NCBI GenBank assembly: GCA_013265495.1
Contig: MU058824.1
Location: forward strand, 3,313,111 to 3,377,110
Direction of reading: 5' to 3'
Source: Vicugna vicugna
Lineage: Eukaryota
Length of the DNA: 64,000 nucleotides
Part shown: positions 13,471-26,960 of the stretch, piece by piece
How positions within the stretch are numbered: position 1 is the stretch's first letter
How the letters are laid out: each line of letters begins with the position of its first letter
The notes under the pieces: generated by a model
Seen by the model: the letters and a program-made list of their open reading frames with translations, nothing else
Database searches by the model: none
Told to the model about the DNA's origin: nothing
Translations under genes and position numbers: made by a program

Positions 13471-13808
13471 CCTCCATCTGTGTGCAGGGAGGGGTTGGGC
13501 TGGATGAGCTCAGAGGGCCCCTTTGTCGCTGTCACCGTGGGCCTGTGTGCTTCTGATCTGGAAATGGGGCTTTGAGAGTTCCCAGATCACCTGTACACCC
13601 CATGGAGTTATTCTAGTTTCGAGACTGACCTGATTGGCATTACCCCTCTTGTATGAAGGAGAAGCCTGCAGCCAGGCCCTAAAGTGACTTGTCCAAGGCC
13701 ATTTGCAGAGCAGGGACTCAGTCTCCCAGGCCAGTGCCTTTTCTGCTTCCCCTCATGGGGAGTCACTGGGTGCTTGGCATCAGTGACCAGCCCCTTTCGC
13801 TGTCCCAG

Positions 13809-14078
13809 CTAATAAGGGCTGTGGTGTGTGGATGATGTCGTCCAGCCTGCCCCACGTCACCAGCAACCACGTCAGCTACAATGGCCTGTATGGAGTGGCC
13901 GTGTTCAGCCAGAAGGACGGCTCTGGGGAGTTCCCTGGGGGCCACGGGGCCCAGGAGAGCTTCAGCGAGGACGGGGACGCCATCCTGTGGGAGACGGAGC
14001 TGGAGAAGGATGAGGACCCGCTGCGCCGGCCGGTCACCGTCGCTCTGGTCGAGTCCAACAGTGTGAATCATAACGGAG
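13809..14078 (+). CDS. FBXO10: FBXO10 coding exon (270 nt)
   Basis: tgtcccag|CT ... G|gtgagg; (A)NKGCGVWMMSSSLPHVTSNHVSYNGLYGVAVFSQKDG...VESNSVNHNG. Confidence 0.96.
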
Positions 14079-15062
14079 GTGAGGCCCCTCCCCACGGCCC
14101 CGGCTCCACGGCCTCCCGTGCTCTCCCTGCCGTAAGGCGCTTCCAGCCTCGTCGGCCACTTCCTTCAGCCGCTTAACCTGGTACCCCAGTTCAGGGTTTC
14201 CTCCATGTCACCATGCTGTCCAGTAGGACAAGCAAAGCCACATAAATTCACAAATACCTGATTTATTTTCGCTGTTCTCATCCAAGCCAGGAGAAGCAAC
14301 AGGCAGGTGGCACCAAAAGGCTCGGCCTTGCAAGCTCACAGCTCCCATGAGATTCCTCAGTGGTCGTCCTCCCCATAGCCTCCCCCAGCGCAGCCCGGGG
14401 CCTCTGGCTCTGGTGGCTGGTGGATGTCACCCCTAGTGGGTAGTCCTCACCCCCCAGATCTGCCTCCCATGCTGCTGCTTCCTGACCAAGTCATGTGGCT
14501 CTAAGCCTGCTGATTTAGTGCTTTTTTTCTACAAACATGTAGTGTCTCTAAGAAATTTATTACTTCCTAAGAAAAAGAAAATGTTCTAAAACAGTGGGGA
14601 GGCAGATTATAGCTCAGTATGCAGAGCAAAACAAAACAACACAATTTTCTAGCAGGTGAGTCTGTCTGTTTAGACATGGAATGGGCTGCCTCGAGCAGGT
14701 AGTGAGCACCCCATCACAGGAGGTACAGATGGCAGCAGGATGAGTGTGTTGTGGGAGGCATTCGAGCACAGGTTGAGAGCCTGGGCCAGATGACCAGCTG
14801 AGCCTAAGGAATCTTCTCACATCATGTTTTGCTGGCTACTTTAATGAGGACTTAGTTCAGAAGGCACAGAGCTTCCTTGCTGTTCCTGGGTTTCCTCCTG
14901 CTCAACTTGGAAGATGCAGGGCTGGTTCTGCGTGTAACTACCTCTCTTCCCCCTGTCCCCCTCCTGGGTGCACGACTCTAGGAAGGCTTTTCCTACTGGT
15001 GTTGTCAGCGCTGACCCTGGCCACCCTGTGCTTTCTCTGTTCCCTGTCCCCTCCATCCATAG

Positions 15063-15376
15063 CCTCAGGACTCTATGTCCAGAGTAGTGAGGCGCTGCAT
15101 GTCATCACCAACGTGATCCACGCTAACGGGGACAGAGGCATCACTGTGGCCCAGAGCAGCCAGCTCACCCGTGTGGCCAACAACAGCATCTCCTGCAACC
15201 GCCAGAGTGGGGTCAAGGTCGAGGCGCAGTGCAAGGTGGAGCTCCGGGGCAACGGTATCTATGACAACAGAGGCCATGGCATCATCACCAAGGGTGACAG
15301 CACTGTCGTCATTGAAAATGACATCATTGGCAACCGGGGCAGCGGGCTGCAGCTCCTGCCCACGTCCGACACGAAG
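15063..15376 (+). CDS. FBXO10: FBXO10 coding exon (314 nt)
   Basis: ccatccatag|CC ... AAG|gtgtgt; (A)SGLYVQSSEALHVITNVIHANGDRGITV...GLQLLPTSDTK. Confidence 0.96.
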
Positions 15377-16487
15377 GTGTGTATGTGTGTATGATGTGTG
15401 TGCCAGCACAGGGCATGGCCTTCAAAAGCCCTCATGCCCTCTCTCCTGAGAAGCAGAACTTTAATCCTGCAGCACTCTGCGAGGGTGCTGCCAGAAGCCA
15501 GCCTGGGGGACACAGGTGGGCCTTCACTCGGGAGGCAACCTATGAACTGGGCCCTGAAGAATAAGGCTCACTGGCAGGAAGCGGGGGTCGGGGTGCCACC
15601 TGAGGTGTCTTCAGGGCAAGATCAGGGCTGTTTCAGCTCTCTTCCCCTCACAGAACACTCTCACACAGGACCTGGTATGCAGTAGGTGCTTATGAGGAGA
15701 GAAGTCTTGCCTTGGGGCCCTTTCACACACTGTTCCCTGTATACCCGGACTAGACTTCTCCCCATTTTTTTAACTCAGTCCTACAGTGTGGCTGTCACTT
15801 TCTTCAGGAAGGCCTCCCTGACCCCGCAGGCTGTTTGAGGTGCCCCTTTTCTGGACTTCTGAGGTGCTTATGCCCACCCCCCTCAAAGAGCATTTCCCAC
15901 AGGGCTCTGCTGTTCCTTTGCTTGTTCATCTTCCCACAGGACAGTGAGCTCTGACCTCCCTTTTCACGCAAAGCCCTGAGCTGGGTGCTAGAGTCTCAGT
16001 GTTGAGCCAAACAGACCCATTCCCTGCCCTTGTGAAATTTCAGTCACAAAGCCTCTTGTTGGCCTTGTGGCTTCATGAGTCATTGACTTAGGCAAGGTGT
16101 AACGAATTCCTCGCCTTTGCATCTGAGCACTGTAGGGGCAGAGGGAGAGGAGGGCTCGCTGTTGCCTCAGTTGGGCTGCCAGTGGCCCTAGCTTCTAGGA
16201 GCACGTCTCCTGCTTCCAGGCCTTCGCACATTGTTCCTTCTTCCTGCAACAACTCTCCCCTGCTCTGCTCCTGATAAACTCCTACGTACCCATCGCCTCC
16301 TCCAGGAAGCCTTCCTTGGTTTCCTCTGGGCTGGTCTTGATAGTCCTTCCCTGAGCTTCCATGGCTCAATACTGACCTACCTAGCATGCTCTTACCCCTC
16401 AATTTTATAACTGGTCATTCACTTACCTGGCTCCCCTACCAGTCTAGGAGTCCCTGAGGTGTGACAAGCTCTGACTGCCTCTCCCAG

Positions 16488-16669
16488 GTAATAAAGAACC
16501 GGATCCACTCATTCCGGGCCTACGGCATTGCAGTGCAAGGCCGCGCCAAGGTTCTGGTGCAGGAGAACATCATCTTCCAGGGCAAGACCAACAAGACCAT
16601 CTTTCAGCAGATCTCAAACAACCGAGAATGCATCATGCAAAACAACAAGTTCTTGGTCTTCAAGAAAAA
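16488..16669 (+). CDS. FBXO10: FBXO10 coding exon (182 nt)
   Basis: ctctcccag|GTA ... AA|gtaagt; VIKNRIHSFRAYGIAVQGRAKVLVQENIIFQGKTNKTIFQQISNNRECIMQNNKFLVFKK. Confidence 0.96.
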
Positions 16670-18179
16670 GTAAGTGCTTGGGGTTGCCTAAACCAATCTT
16701 CTAGGACCACAGTGAGGTCAGTGGGGAAGCCAGTCCCAGTAATTGGGGCTGCTGCTGCTCCCCAGTCCTGCCAGCTTTCAGCTCTGATCAGATAAAGGCC
16801 TGAGCTTGGGCTGTGTGTCAGTTCTGGGCTGAGGACCTGAGCCTGACTCCCTAGGAGGGAATAAGCTTTAAGAATCAGGAGTACGTGGTTTCAAATCTCA
16901 CCTCTGCCAGTTACTGGCTGTGTGACCTCAGGCAAGTTACTCAACCTCTCTGAGCCTTTGTAAAATCCAGTTAATCTTGTCTGCTTTGCAGATGAAATAA
17001 AATTATGTGACCGAGCAGCATACCTAAAGTGTCCGTGCCACTGCCACGGTTGTCCCTTGTTTTTCATATTCCTGTCTCAGCATATAGCTGCTTCACACTC
17101 ACCTCTCCAAGCCTCTGTCCTGCCCCGGTCCCCATTTTCATGGCATCACCATCCATTCTGTTCTGGCAGCAAAATCTTTGCTTCTCATTCTCCCTGACAC
17201 CAAAGTTCAGTCAGTTACCAGTTCCTCTTGATTGTGCTTCTAAAATGTTCTTATACCTGGCACCTCCTCTTCCCAGCTGCCAGCACCCCTCTCCCCAGCC
17301 CATGACCCCTGTTACCAGTGCAGCTGTTTCAGTTGTTTATGGGTGGACTCTGTTCTCATTGGTTGATAGTGTGCTATACTGGTTGCAGAAATAATAATAA
17401 CTAGCGTTGTTGTTGGTATCACTTCTGCGCCGTTCATCCCTCTGGTCCTGTTGCAGCAGCTTCTTGCTGGTCCCCCGTCCCTTAGGCCACCCCCGATCCT
17501 GCCAGCTGTCCTCTGCATCCTGCCAAAGTCATGTCTCTAAATCAGCTCTGGGCGCGTCACATGCGTGGTCAGAAACCTCCGGTGGTTCCTCTTTTTCTGT
17601 AGTAACGATCTCTGCTCCTTTTTATTATACACTTTCTCAGTAAAGTATATTTTTTGAGGCAACCCCTCGTATGTATGCTTATATATTCGTAACTTAAAAA
17701 TATACAGTAAGTAGAAATTCTAATATTTTCTTCCCATATCCCAGCAGCTCATATTGTGGACTCCGTAGGGTCCACTCCCTCCTTCCCCTTTGGAGACCCC
17801 GGGATTCAGGGTCCAGCCCAGATGTGTCAGCCTGGCACTGTGCACTGTGCACTCCTCGTTTCCTCTTTTCCTCACTCCTCAGGATCTCGCTCTGCTGCCA
17901 AACTCAAACGCTTGCAGTGCTTTGAACATACCCTGGGCTTTTACTCACCCCAAAAAGCCAGCCTCTGACTCTACCCACACCTCTGCAGTCCTGCTCGTTA
18001 TAGTAGTATCATAAAAATACGTAGAAGACTTTGTTTCTGGCTTAAGAAACTCGGGATCTGATGTGTGTAAGAGGCAGTTCCTTATAACTTAGGACAGGAA
18101 GCCTAATCAGAGCTTCACTATCATTTTGATTTTCCCCGACCCTTCATAATCTCTCCAAGAGCTTAAGGGACTGGAAGCC

Positions 18180-18445
18180 TGCCAACTTCCATCCCCGGTA
18201 GATCTGCATGTTCCAGAGTGTCATATAAAAGAAAGAATACAGGGTGTGGTCTTTTGAGTCTGGCTTCTTATACTTTGCCCAGTGCATCCGGGATTCGCCT
18301 GTGGTGTTGCATCTGTTGTTCATTCCTTTTATCACTGAGTGGTGCTCCATGCTATAGATGTACTACACTGTTTATCTATGAGTCAGCTGAAGGGTATTTG
18401 GGTAGTTGCTAGTTTTTGGTGATTATGAGTAAAGGTTGCATACCA
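18180..18445 (-). mobile_element. Old L1M fragment
   Basis: GTGTGGTCTTTTGAGTCTGGCTTCTT...CATTCCTTTTATCACTGAGT resembles the L1 3' region. Confidence 0.6.
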
Positions 18446-18772
18446 TTTAGGGCCATCGAGCTGGGTAAAATTGGGGGAATTAAAGAAAAAGAAGAAAGCC
18501 ACTGGTCTTATCTAGATCCTTGTTTAAAGATGGGGAAATAGGACAAGAGGGGACTTATCTGAGGTTACGTGCAGAACTGAGGGCAGGGTTAGAACCAGAA
18601 TCAATTTCACACACGTCCAACCTCCTTTTGCTATCGCTTAACTAGGGAGATGCAACCTACACCCAGATTTAAACCTCTGGATCTGGTGATTTTGTGCCAA
18701 AGGTAATGTGCAAGGCATTCAGCAAATGCTCTAGACACTTTCAAATAGTTCACTCTCATTTTGCATCTCCAG

Positions 18773-18947
18773 GTCTGACACGTGGCGCCTGGCGAACCCA
18801 CCTGCACGGCCTCACCTTGAAAACTCTCTCCGAGGCCCCTCTGCTGCTCATGGTGGGCAGAAGGTGACAGCCATGGCGACCAGGATCACAGCCCATGTGG
18901 AAGGTGGTTACCACAGCAAACGCAGCATCTTCTGCACCATCCTGTGA
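18773..18947 (+). CDS. FBXO10: FBXO10 terminal coding exon, ends CTIL-stop
   Basis: catctccag|G; (K)SDTWRLANPPARPHLENSLRGPSAAHGGQKVTAMATRITAHVEGGYHSKRSIFCTIL, TGA at 18945-18947. Confidence 0.96.
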
Positions 18948-20630
18948 GCAGGCAGAGCCACGGAGTGGGGAGGCTGGGGGTGGTCCGAAGACTCGGGGAA
19001 GCCAGCACATACGCTGCTCTCAGGCTCAGCCCTGCCCAGCGGAGCTAAGTGGGGTGCAGCCTTCGGGATGAAGAAGTCATGCTTATGAAGGCTCCAGACC
19101 CCTCTCTGTCTTCTTACCACCTCCCTGAAAAAAAGGTCCCAAGCCTTCTGGGGACTAAGAACAAGGTACCTACAAAACACTTTAATTCTACAACCCTCAG
19201 ACCCTCAGCAGGGAACTTGGAATTATTTTCCAGAAAGAAAAAGGGAACAGAGTTTGGTGGGTTTCCAGTCCCTCGAGCTCTTGTAGAGATTATGAAGAGT
19301 TGCAGGAAATCAATACTGAAACTTTGGTCAGGGTTTGTGTATTTGAGTTACAGGGAACTGCGTTTTACACACACCAAACCCAGACTCTTCTCAGGGAAGA
19401 AAAGATTTACTTCTAAGAATGGGAGGTGATTCTAGTGAGATGGAAAGAGACAACTGCCCCAGAATTTTCCCCTTTCCTAGACCCTCCAGGGACACTGCCA
19501 CACCCTCCCTGCTGCCTGGAGAGGCTGGAGTTGGGTTCGGTTTCTTTAAGGACACAGTTCTCCTGGACATGGACCTGTAAGGGAGGAAGGGGACTGGGAT
19601 ACGGAACCCCTCTTGAGAGGCTGCCCAGGGATGATAGGGGTGTGCTGAAAACAGGAGGGGGCGTGTGGAGGTTTCCTTCGAGTGGCTCAGGTGTGCAGGC
19701 AGGTGCTGGGCCGGACAGCACAGGGAACCTACCCTCAAGTTGCTCCAAACTCAGGAGGATGTTCGTTAGCTCAGTGCCTGCTGCACGTACAGGGAGGGTT
19801 CAAATCCCACAAGCACACTGAGACCAGCCGCCCCTCCTGAGCACCAGACTGGTGGAGATGGAGGTGCCTAGGGCCCCCATCTGTGTCCATGTTCTCATGG
19901 AGACCACCTGCCTTTACTGACCCGACCATGGTTTCCCACTCTGTGCCTTGGCTCATGCTCTCCCCTCCTTGCAGGCTGCACCCACCCAGGTCCCACCCAT
20001 TCCTCCAGGTTTGGCTCAGGCACTGCCATCTCCACAGAGCACACCCCGCCCCCCACATGGCAGTGCTCTGTCCCCACACTGTACATGCTGCCTTGCTTAG
20101 GTATTGTCCCACTCACCTGCCTGTGAGCTTCCTGAGGGTCATGGTCTGTGTCCCTAGTCCCCAGCCCAGGGTCAGTAGCCTGAGTGAAGAGGAAGGCCGG
20201 CTCCCCAAGGGCTGTGCTGAACTTAACTGTGAGTATGTCGGTTCCAAAGCCAGGCAGGCTCAGCCTGAACAGTCACCCCCTCCCCAACCCGGCCCTTTAT
20301 GCAGGGCCTTCACCAGCCTGGTAGGGTCATTGCTGTGCACCTCACAGATGGCTTCCCAGGCTGGTTCTGCTGGGCCCCCGGTGCTGCTCTCCTGGGTGGG
20401 CAGGGTGGGGGCTGGAGGGAGCCAGGAGAGCTGGCTTCTCCCTGGGGACTTGGGGCACAAGAGCGTGGGCCCCTCCCATCCCCAGCACTGTCCTTTGCAC
20501 TTACTCTGACCCTAATGTGAGTCGCTGTACAAAATGCTGCCTTTTATTTTGTAAGAAATGACTTTTCTGTGCACCAAGTGCTTATGAAAATCTCAGCAAC
20601 CAAAATAAAGCTCTATATTTTAAAAGAGGC
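18948..20630 (+). other. FBXO10: FBXO10 3' UTR (approximate end)
   Basis: From the stop codon to just beyond the AATAAA at 20604, which is preceded by U-rich/TGTA elements at about 20527-20560. Confidence 0.7.
20604..20609 (+). terminator. FBXO10: Polyadenylation signal AATAAA of FBXO10
   Basis: caaAATAAAgctc about 1.65 kb after the stop codon. Confidence 0.75.
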
Positions 20631-21049
20631 ACTTCTAGGGGGACATTCCTTGATCTGAGTGTGTGCTAGAGTTCCTACATGCTGGATGCAGGCCCGTCAC
20701 TGCTCCACCTCCCTGAGGCACCGCTGCTGCTTCTGAAGGAGACGGGGACCCGGGGCCGTCTTGTCCACTTAGCCTGTTCCCACACAATTCCCAGGGCCTG
20801 CATCCTCCTCATGTGTCAGTCAGGGACTGTAGTTGCACCCTGCCTGTCCTGTGGGCTTTGTGAAGATCAACAGTGCCTGGTATGGATGACCTGATGGTCT
20901 GCAGAGGGTTTTCAGATCCATGACATTTTTCCCAGCTTCAGTCATTCAGCATCTATAGTTTGTCACTTGAGGAGAAAGCTAGTACTTTGAATATTTTTCT
21001 TTAAATCCTTTTATTTTAATTGATTATTTTAAGAGCTTTAGATTTTTCA

Positions 21050-22365
21050 TCTCTAACTGAGGTGTAGTCGATGTATAATATTTAAGTTTCAGGTGTACAA
21101 CACAGTGATTCACAATTTTTAAAGGTTATACTCCATTTATAATTATAAAATATTGGCTGTATTTCCTGTGCTGTACAATATATCCACATAGCTTATTTTA
21201 TACATAGTCATCTGTACCTGTCGCCTACCCGTATCTTGCCCTCCCCCAATCCCTCTTTCCACCGGTAACCATTAGACTATTCTCTAGATCTCAGAGTATG
21301 TCTTCTTTGTTACTGTCACTGGTTTTATTTTTTCAGATTCCACATATAAGTGATACCATACACCATCTGTTTTTCTCTGTCTGACTTATTTCATTAAGCT
21401 TAATACCCTCCAAGTTCATTTGTGTTGTTGCAAATGGCAAAATTTCATTTTTAATGGCTGGGTAGCATTCCACTGTGTGTGTGTATGTATATATACACCA
21501 CACCACATCTTCTTTATCCATTTATCTGTTGATGGACACTTACTTAGGTTGCTTCCATATGTTGGCTATTGTGGATAATGCTGCTGTGAACACTGGGATG
21601 CATGTATCTTTTCAAATTAGTGTTTTCATTTTCTTCAGATATATACCCTGGAATAGAACTGCTGGATCATATGTTAGTTCTATTTTTACTCTCTTGAATA
21701 AACTCCATACTGTTTTCCATACTGGCCGCACCAATTTACATTCCCACCAACAGTGTTCAGGGTTTTCCCTTTCCTCCAAATTCTTGCCAACATTTGTCAT
21801 CTGTGGTGATGACAGCCATTCTGACAGGTGTGAGGAAATACCTCGTTGTGGTTTTGATTTCCATTTCTCTGATGACTAGTGATACTGAGCATCTTTTCAT
21901 GTGCCTGTTTGCCATCTGTTTGTCTTCTTTGGAAAAATGTCTAGGTTTTCTGCCCATTTTTAAATCAGGTTGCTTCTTTGATGTTGAGTTGTATGCGCTT
22001 TTTATATACTTTGGATATTAACCCCTTATTGGTCACATCACTTGCAAATATTTTCTCCCATTCAGTCGGTTGTCCTTTCATTTTGTTGATGGTTTCCTTT
22101 GCTGTGCAAAAGCTTTTAAGTTTAACTGGGTCCTTTTGCTTTTCTTGTTTCCTTTTGTTTGGGAGGGCGATCCAAAAACTTGCTATGATTTATGCCAAAA
22201 TGTGTTCTGCCTGTTTTCTTCTAGGAGTTTCATGGCTCATGGTCTTAACACTTAGGTTTTTAATCCATTTTGAGTTTTTCTAATTTGAACAAAATTAGAA
22301 CAAAAAAAGTTCTAATTTCATTCTTTTACATGTAGCTATCCAGTTTTCCCAGCACCACTTACTGA
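21050..22365 (-). mobile_element. LINE-1 3' fragment (ORF2 C-terminus and 3' UTR)
   Basis: Minus-strand peptides [34 protein letters not shown] and ILPFATTQMNLEGIKLNEISQ are typical of L1 ORF2. Confidence 0.92.
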
Positions 22366-22379
22366 ACACTGCCTACAAG

Positions 22380-22615
22380 AGTTTTAGATTTACAGAAAAA
22401 GTGAGGAGATAGGTGGTACAGCGTTCCTGTACCACCCTCCCCGCCAAGTTTCTGTAATTAACACCTTACATACCTCACGTTAGTATGGTACCTTTGTCAA
22501 AATTACTGAACCAGTAGGCACATTATTATTATTAACTAAAGTCCACAGTTTATTCATATATCCTTCCTTAATCATTACCTAGTGTCCTTTTTCCATTCCA
22601 GGATCCTATCAAGGA
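22380..22615 (-). mobile_element. Old L1M 3' UTR fragment
   Basis: TTTAGATTTACAGAAAA...TATTATTAACTAAAGTCCA...TTCCAGGATCC; homologous to the copy at 58945. Confidence 0.65.
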
Positions 22616-23769
22616 ACACTCAACTAAAAAGAAATGTTTCTATCACTACTACACACACAAAAATAAACACATATAAAAATAAAAATAACACACATAAAAA
22701 TAAAATTTCATTAAAATGAAAATATTCACGCTATCATAAGCGAATAAACCTTTGTTGAAACTGAACATTCCAGGGAAATTCGTTACTGCAGTTTGGCCAA
22801 GCCAGCATAACTTCATATATCCTGACACACCCCCATGCCACCACAATCATCTTACAGCCCATCAACAGTATATTAAGCACTGACTTGGTGAGGTTATTGC
22901 TCCTTTTTTACAAAAGGAATTGAGTTCTGAGTGGTGATGCCTGTTAAGGTCCACTAGGTTCCCCACCTAATGTTAAGAGCTTGTAGGGAGGAGAGGTGTA
23001 GGCAGGCTGTCACCTAGGGCTCCATCAGCCAGGGGACACACACACACACAGAGTGTTCATCTTCTGCCAAATCATTTGGATGCGTAAGTGAGAGGAGCTC
23101 GGAACACCCATCCGAGCTCTTCCGTAGTTAGGGAAGCATCTGGAAGGAGACTGCTCTGCAGTAGCCTGCACTGGCTGAGTGGGCAGGGCTTACCCTGATG
23201 CCTGCTGATGGGAGCAGACAAGCACAGCAAAGACCAATGCAACTTCATCCAGGCCTCCAAGTCCTGTTGAGGCCCTGACTACAGGGAATGGGGGTGTGGT
23301 GTGGCCAGACCAGACAGGAGCCAGCGCTGGGTCTTCGAACAGCACATGCGCCTATACTGTCCTCAGCAGAGCCCTGGGCCCACCTTCTTCCCTTTCCTTC
23401 CTTCCTTCCCGCAGTCTCTTTTCTGAATGCTTCCTCACGTGGACTCACATGGGGCCCGCTGGGCTTGTTCCAGCCCTGAGCACTCGCCCGACATGAACAC
23501 TCTCATCCCACTCGTTCTTTCTCCCTTCCTGTCCAGGACTTTGCAGGTGCCATTATGGCCTGGGGGCTCTGGAGCCCCTCCTTTGTGATTATCATCCCTT
23601 TGAAATGAAGTCAAGCCTAGCATGGCCCTCTGGTGCAGTCTGAGTGACTCACACCACAACTGTCACCCCGCTTAGAAACCAGTTCTTGCCTGAGTGCAGC
23701 CAAAGATGCCGTCTGTCTTCTGTCTTGATTGTCAGGGTGGCATTTCACCTCTTGCCTTAGGCCATCAAT

Positions 23770-24850
23770 CATGTCATCCATCCAGGCTCCTTGGATAAAA
23801 GGCTGATTCCAGAGCTGGGGCAGGCAACGTACAGGATGGCTAGAATATTTTGTGCCAGAAATTAAGGAAGCACGCTTAAAAAGATGGGGATACAGGAGCT
23901 AGCCTGCAGGAACTCAGACTGGCCAAATGTGGTACAATCTGAGTATCAAAATTAAATGATAACAGTGTTCACAGAACAAGAATCTGAGTCCATACTAATA
24001 ACTAGAACAAAAAGAATTTTAAGGGAGAGAAAAGAAAGTTCCTTCCTTATAATAGAATGCCAATAATAAGTGTATAAGAAATTATGGGAGTTAGAAAATC
24101 ACTCACCATTTTGCAGCCACCCTGGTAACTGATTCAGCAAAAATTATCAATCAAGGCTAAAACTCTCAGATAAAAGTTTGATGAGGAACAGAATATTCAG
24201 AGTCTCAAAACAGCCTACAATTACTTATTGATTATAAATAGAAATTTCACAGTGGAGGGAACATAACCTTAACCAATAAAAATTAACATCAGCAAGAACA
24301 GGACAAACCAACATCACAATGCCTCTACTGTGATGCACTTGGGACACAACCCCTCATGATATCCCTGCCAAAACCGTGTATCCTGAATCTTATCACAAGG
24401 AAACACAAGACAAACCCAAAGTGAAGGGACGCCCTACATAACTGACTTTACTCTTTAAAATGTCAAGGTTAAGAAAGGCAAAGACTGAGGAACTGTTTTA
24501 GACTGAGTAAGTGGTGTGATCGGCAAAATGTGAATGTGCGCTGGGGGCTAGATACTAGCACTGCCTCGCTGCTCTGGTCCCTGCTTTTGGCACATGCGAT
24601 GTGCTCGTGAACGAGAAAGTGCTTATTCTTAGGGTATACACACTTGAGTACTTATAGGTAGAAAGGGCAGAATGCTTTTCTTAAACTTTCCCAAATGGTT
24701 CAAAAAGACACAGATGCAGAAAGCAAGTGATAAACAGGACAACCCATGCACGGCTGGACCATCTGGGTGAAGGACATCCAGCAGTCCGTGCTATTCTTGC
24801 AGCCATTTTCTAAGTATGGCATTATATCAGAATAAAGATTTTAAAAGGAG
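23770..24850 (+). mobile_element. Old L1M (L1MC-like) 3' fragment
   Basis: GGCTGATTCCAGAGCTGGGGCAGG..., A-rich, ends CTATTCTTGCAGCCATTTTCTAAG...AATAAAG. Confidence 0.6.
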
Positions 24851-25445
24851 ACACTTTAAAGAATTTTACCTAATTAGCTATTTCCAGGTTGGGTCCTCTG
24901 CAAGTATGTTAAATACACCTTCTTTGACCTCATCACTGTTAAGTGTCCAGCAGGTGAGGGCCACAGAGATTTCCCTCCAGGGAACAGACTTCATTCTGTT
25001 AACTCTCGTAAGTTAAGACTATTCCACAACCTGCAAATCTTATTCAGGGTATAAAAGCATCTAGCCCAGAGTTGTCTTCTTCCAAGAGGTCACCGAGGGA
25101 CATTAGGGCAAATACCTTGGGGGTGGGTGGGGATCAAGGACTCCTCTGTGAATGTAAATGGGTTTTTAGAGCTAGGAAAAAACCTAGTACAACCCCACTG
25201 TTACTCAAGTTTTACTGCCTAACAGCTCTGCCAAGGAAAGAAGGGGCAGCATGTACTCATTCCACGGGCACCAACGCTTTATGCCGGGCACTGTGCTGGG
25301 CGCCTTCTCACAAGACTTGTTGAACGAGGGCCTTTTGAGCCTTCTGACCCACGAGCTCCTTGACATACGGAAACTTGCTTTTCAGCCAGTCCCTGGGATT
25401 GCATCACCTACTGAGGTACACCTGTTGCCACTCAGGACAAGTATA

Positions 25446-25654
25446 CAGCTGACCCTTGAACAATGCAAGGTTTGGGGCACTGACTTGCACACAGTTGAAA
25501 ATCCATGAATAACTTGTATCAGCCCTCTATCCGAGATACCACATCTGCTGGTTCAACTGACTGCTTGTGTGGTACTGAAGTACTTATTAGTGAAAAAAAT
25601 CCACGTGTAAGTGGACCCACACAGCTCGAACCGGTACTGTTCAAGGACTGACTA
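25446..25654. mobile_element. MER8/Tigger-family non-autonomous DNA transposon
   Basis: TA|CAGCTGACCCTTGAACAA ... TGTTCAAGGACTGACTA|TA imperfect terminal inverted repeats. Confidence 0.8.
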
Positions 25655-26399
25655 TATATTTACCGTCCTGGACTTTTCCCCATCAATACTACCCCTCTGA
25701 GTGTGAGTGACTAAAGAAAGGCGGCTTCCCAGTCACTAGGGCAGAGGTTGCTCAGAGGCCAGGTCACACGCTGTGATCTTACCACTACTAGAAATAAAGC
25801 CTCAAAGTGTCAAAACCATCAGAAGCTAAAAAGGATTCATGAAAACACATTCTAACCCATAAGCACATTAGGAATTCTTTCCCCAGAGACAGATCAGGAT
25901 ATTATTTTTTCTGATGCAGTCACATACTTGATTTTTACAACAGCTTAAAGACAAACAAGCAGCATTTAGATGTCCTGCTCACACCTCTGCTGGAGGGAGA
26001 CCAAGTATGGTACAGGTGCCCATCACCCAGGGCAAGAGACAAATGGGGACACATCCAACAAGAGCTTGGAAAATGTGCACTGCAGGCCTGGTTTTGCCAC
26101 AGAAGTGGCTCTGATAACTGCACCCCACTGCTCAAAGACACTTAAGGACCACCAGTCTGAAACGAGTCATCCAAGACCCATTTCTACCACATCTTCCTTA
26201 ACGGGTGGCCCAGTTGCTGCGCAAACTTCCTCCTTTCTCACTTTCAGAGAGAGATGAATTCTGTCTTCCATCTCCCACTGCTCCTGGCCCCCAGCACTGA
26301 GCATCACAGACCTCAGCTGCTCCCACTGCCTCACAAGAGCCTTCAACAGCTGAGTCTGAGCCTTAGCCACGTACCTAAGTCTTTCCGTGTCACAGTCCC

Positions 26400-26960
26400 A
26401 TTCCCATGCACCCTGCTGGACACTGACTTCTCCATCTCCCCTGGCAGATGAGGTGGGTGGCAGTCAGCCTCCATTCCCCTCTGCCTTGGTGTGGCTTCCT
26501 GTAACCAGAGGCTGGAGAGCTGAAACCTATTTCCGAGACCCTTGCTGCTGGGATTCTAGATGCAAGTTAGGCTCCTAAACGTGTACTCACAGAAGAAGGG
26601 AGCAAGATGGAGGCCAGCATCTGGATCTTTTGGCTGTTCGCGCTGACAAGCAAGGAGGTGGAGGGGTGTGAGTACTGAATGCATGGCTGGCTGAACTCAG
26701 CATTCCAGTGTCAGGTTACCAGCTGCATGAATCCAAGCAGCAGCTGAATTCAAGTAGCTGCATGAATTCAAGTGCCTTCTTCATGCCTGGCTGGCCACTC
26801 CAGCTGTGTTCGTGAACTCCACAGTGCTAGTGGCAGCCTCCTGATATCCACTTCTGCAGCCCTGTGACAATTTTATAGCACTTAATCCATGTATTAAACT
26901 CCTCTCTCCTTAAGAATACCTAGAACTTATTTGTTTTCTGTACTGAACTCTGACTGATTC
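26400..26960 (+). mobile_element. Old MaLR/ERVL LTR remnant
   Basis: Ends ATTAAACTCCTCTCTCCTTAAGAATACCTAGA...TTTTCTGTACTGAACTCTGACTGAT, an LTR-type 3' end. Confidence 0.5.

Noticed and set aside
19883..20509. 208-aa ORF downstream of the FBXO10 stop
   Set aside because: Lies in the GC-rich 3' UTR with no recognisable domain or splice structure; probably a chance ORF
26720..26775. Short repeat AGCTGCATGAAT(C/T)CAAG, two copies
   Set aside because: Small slippage duplication within an old LTR remnant
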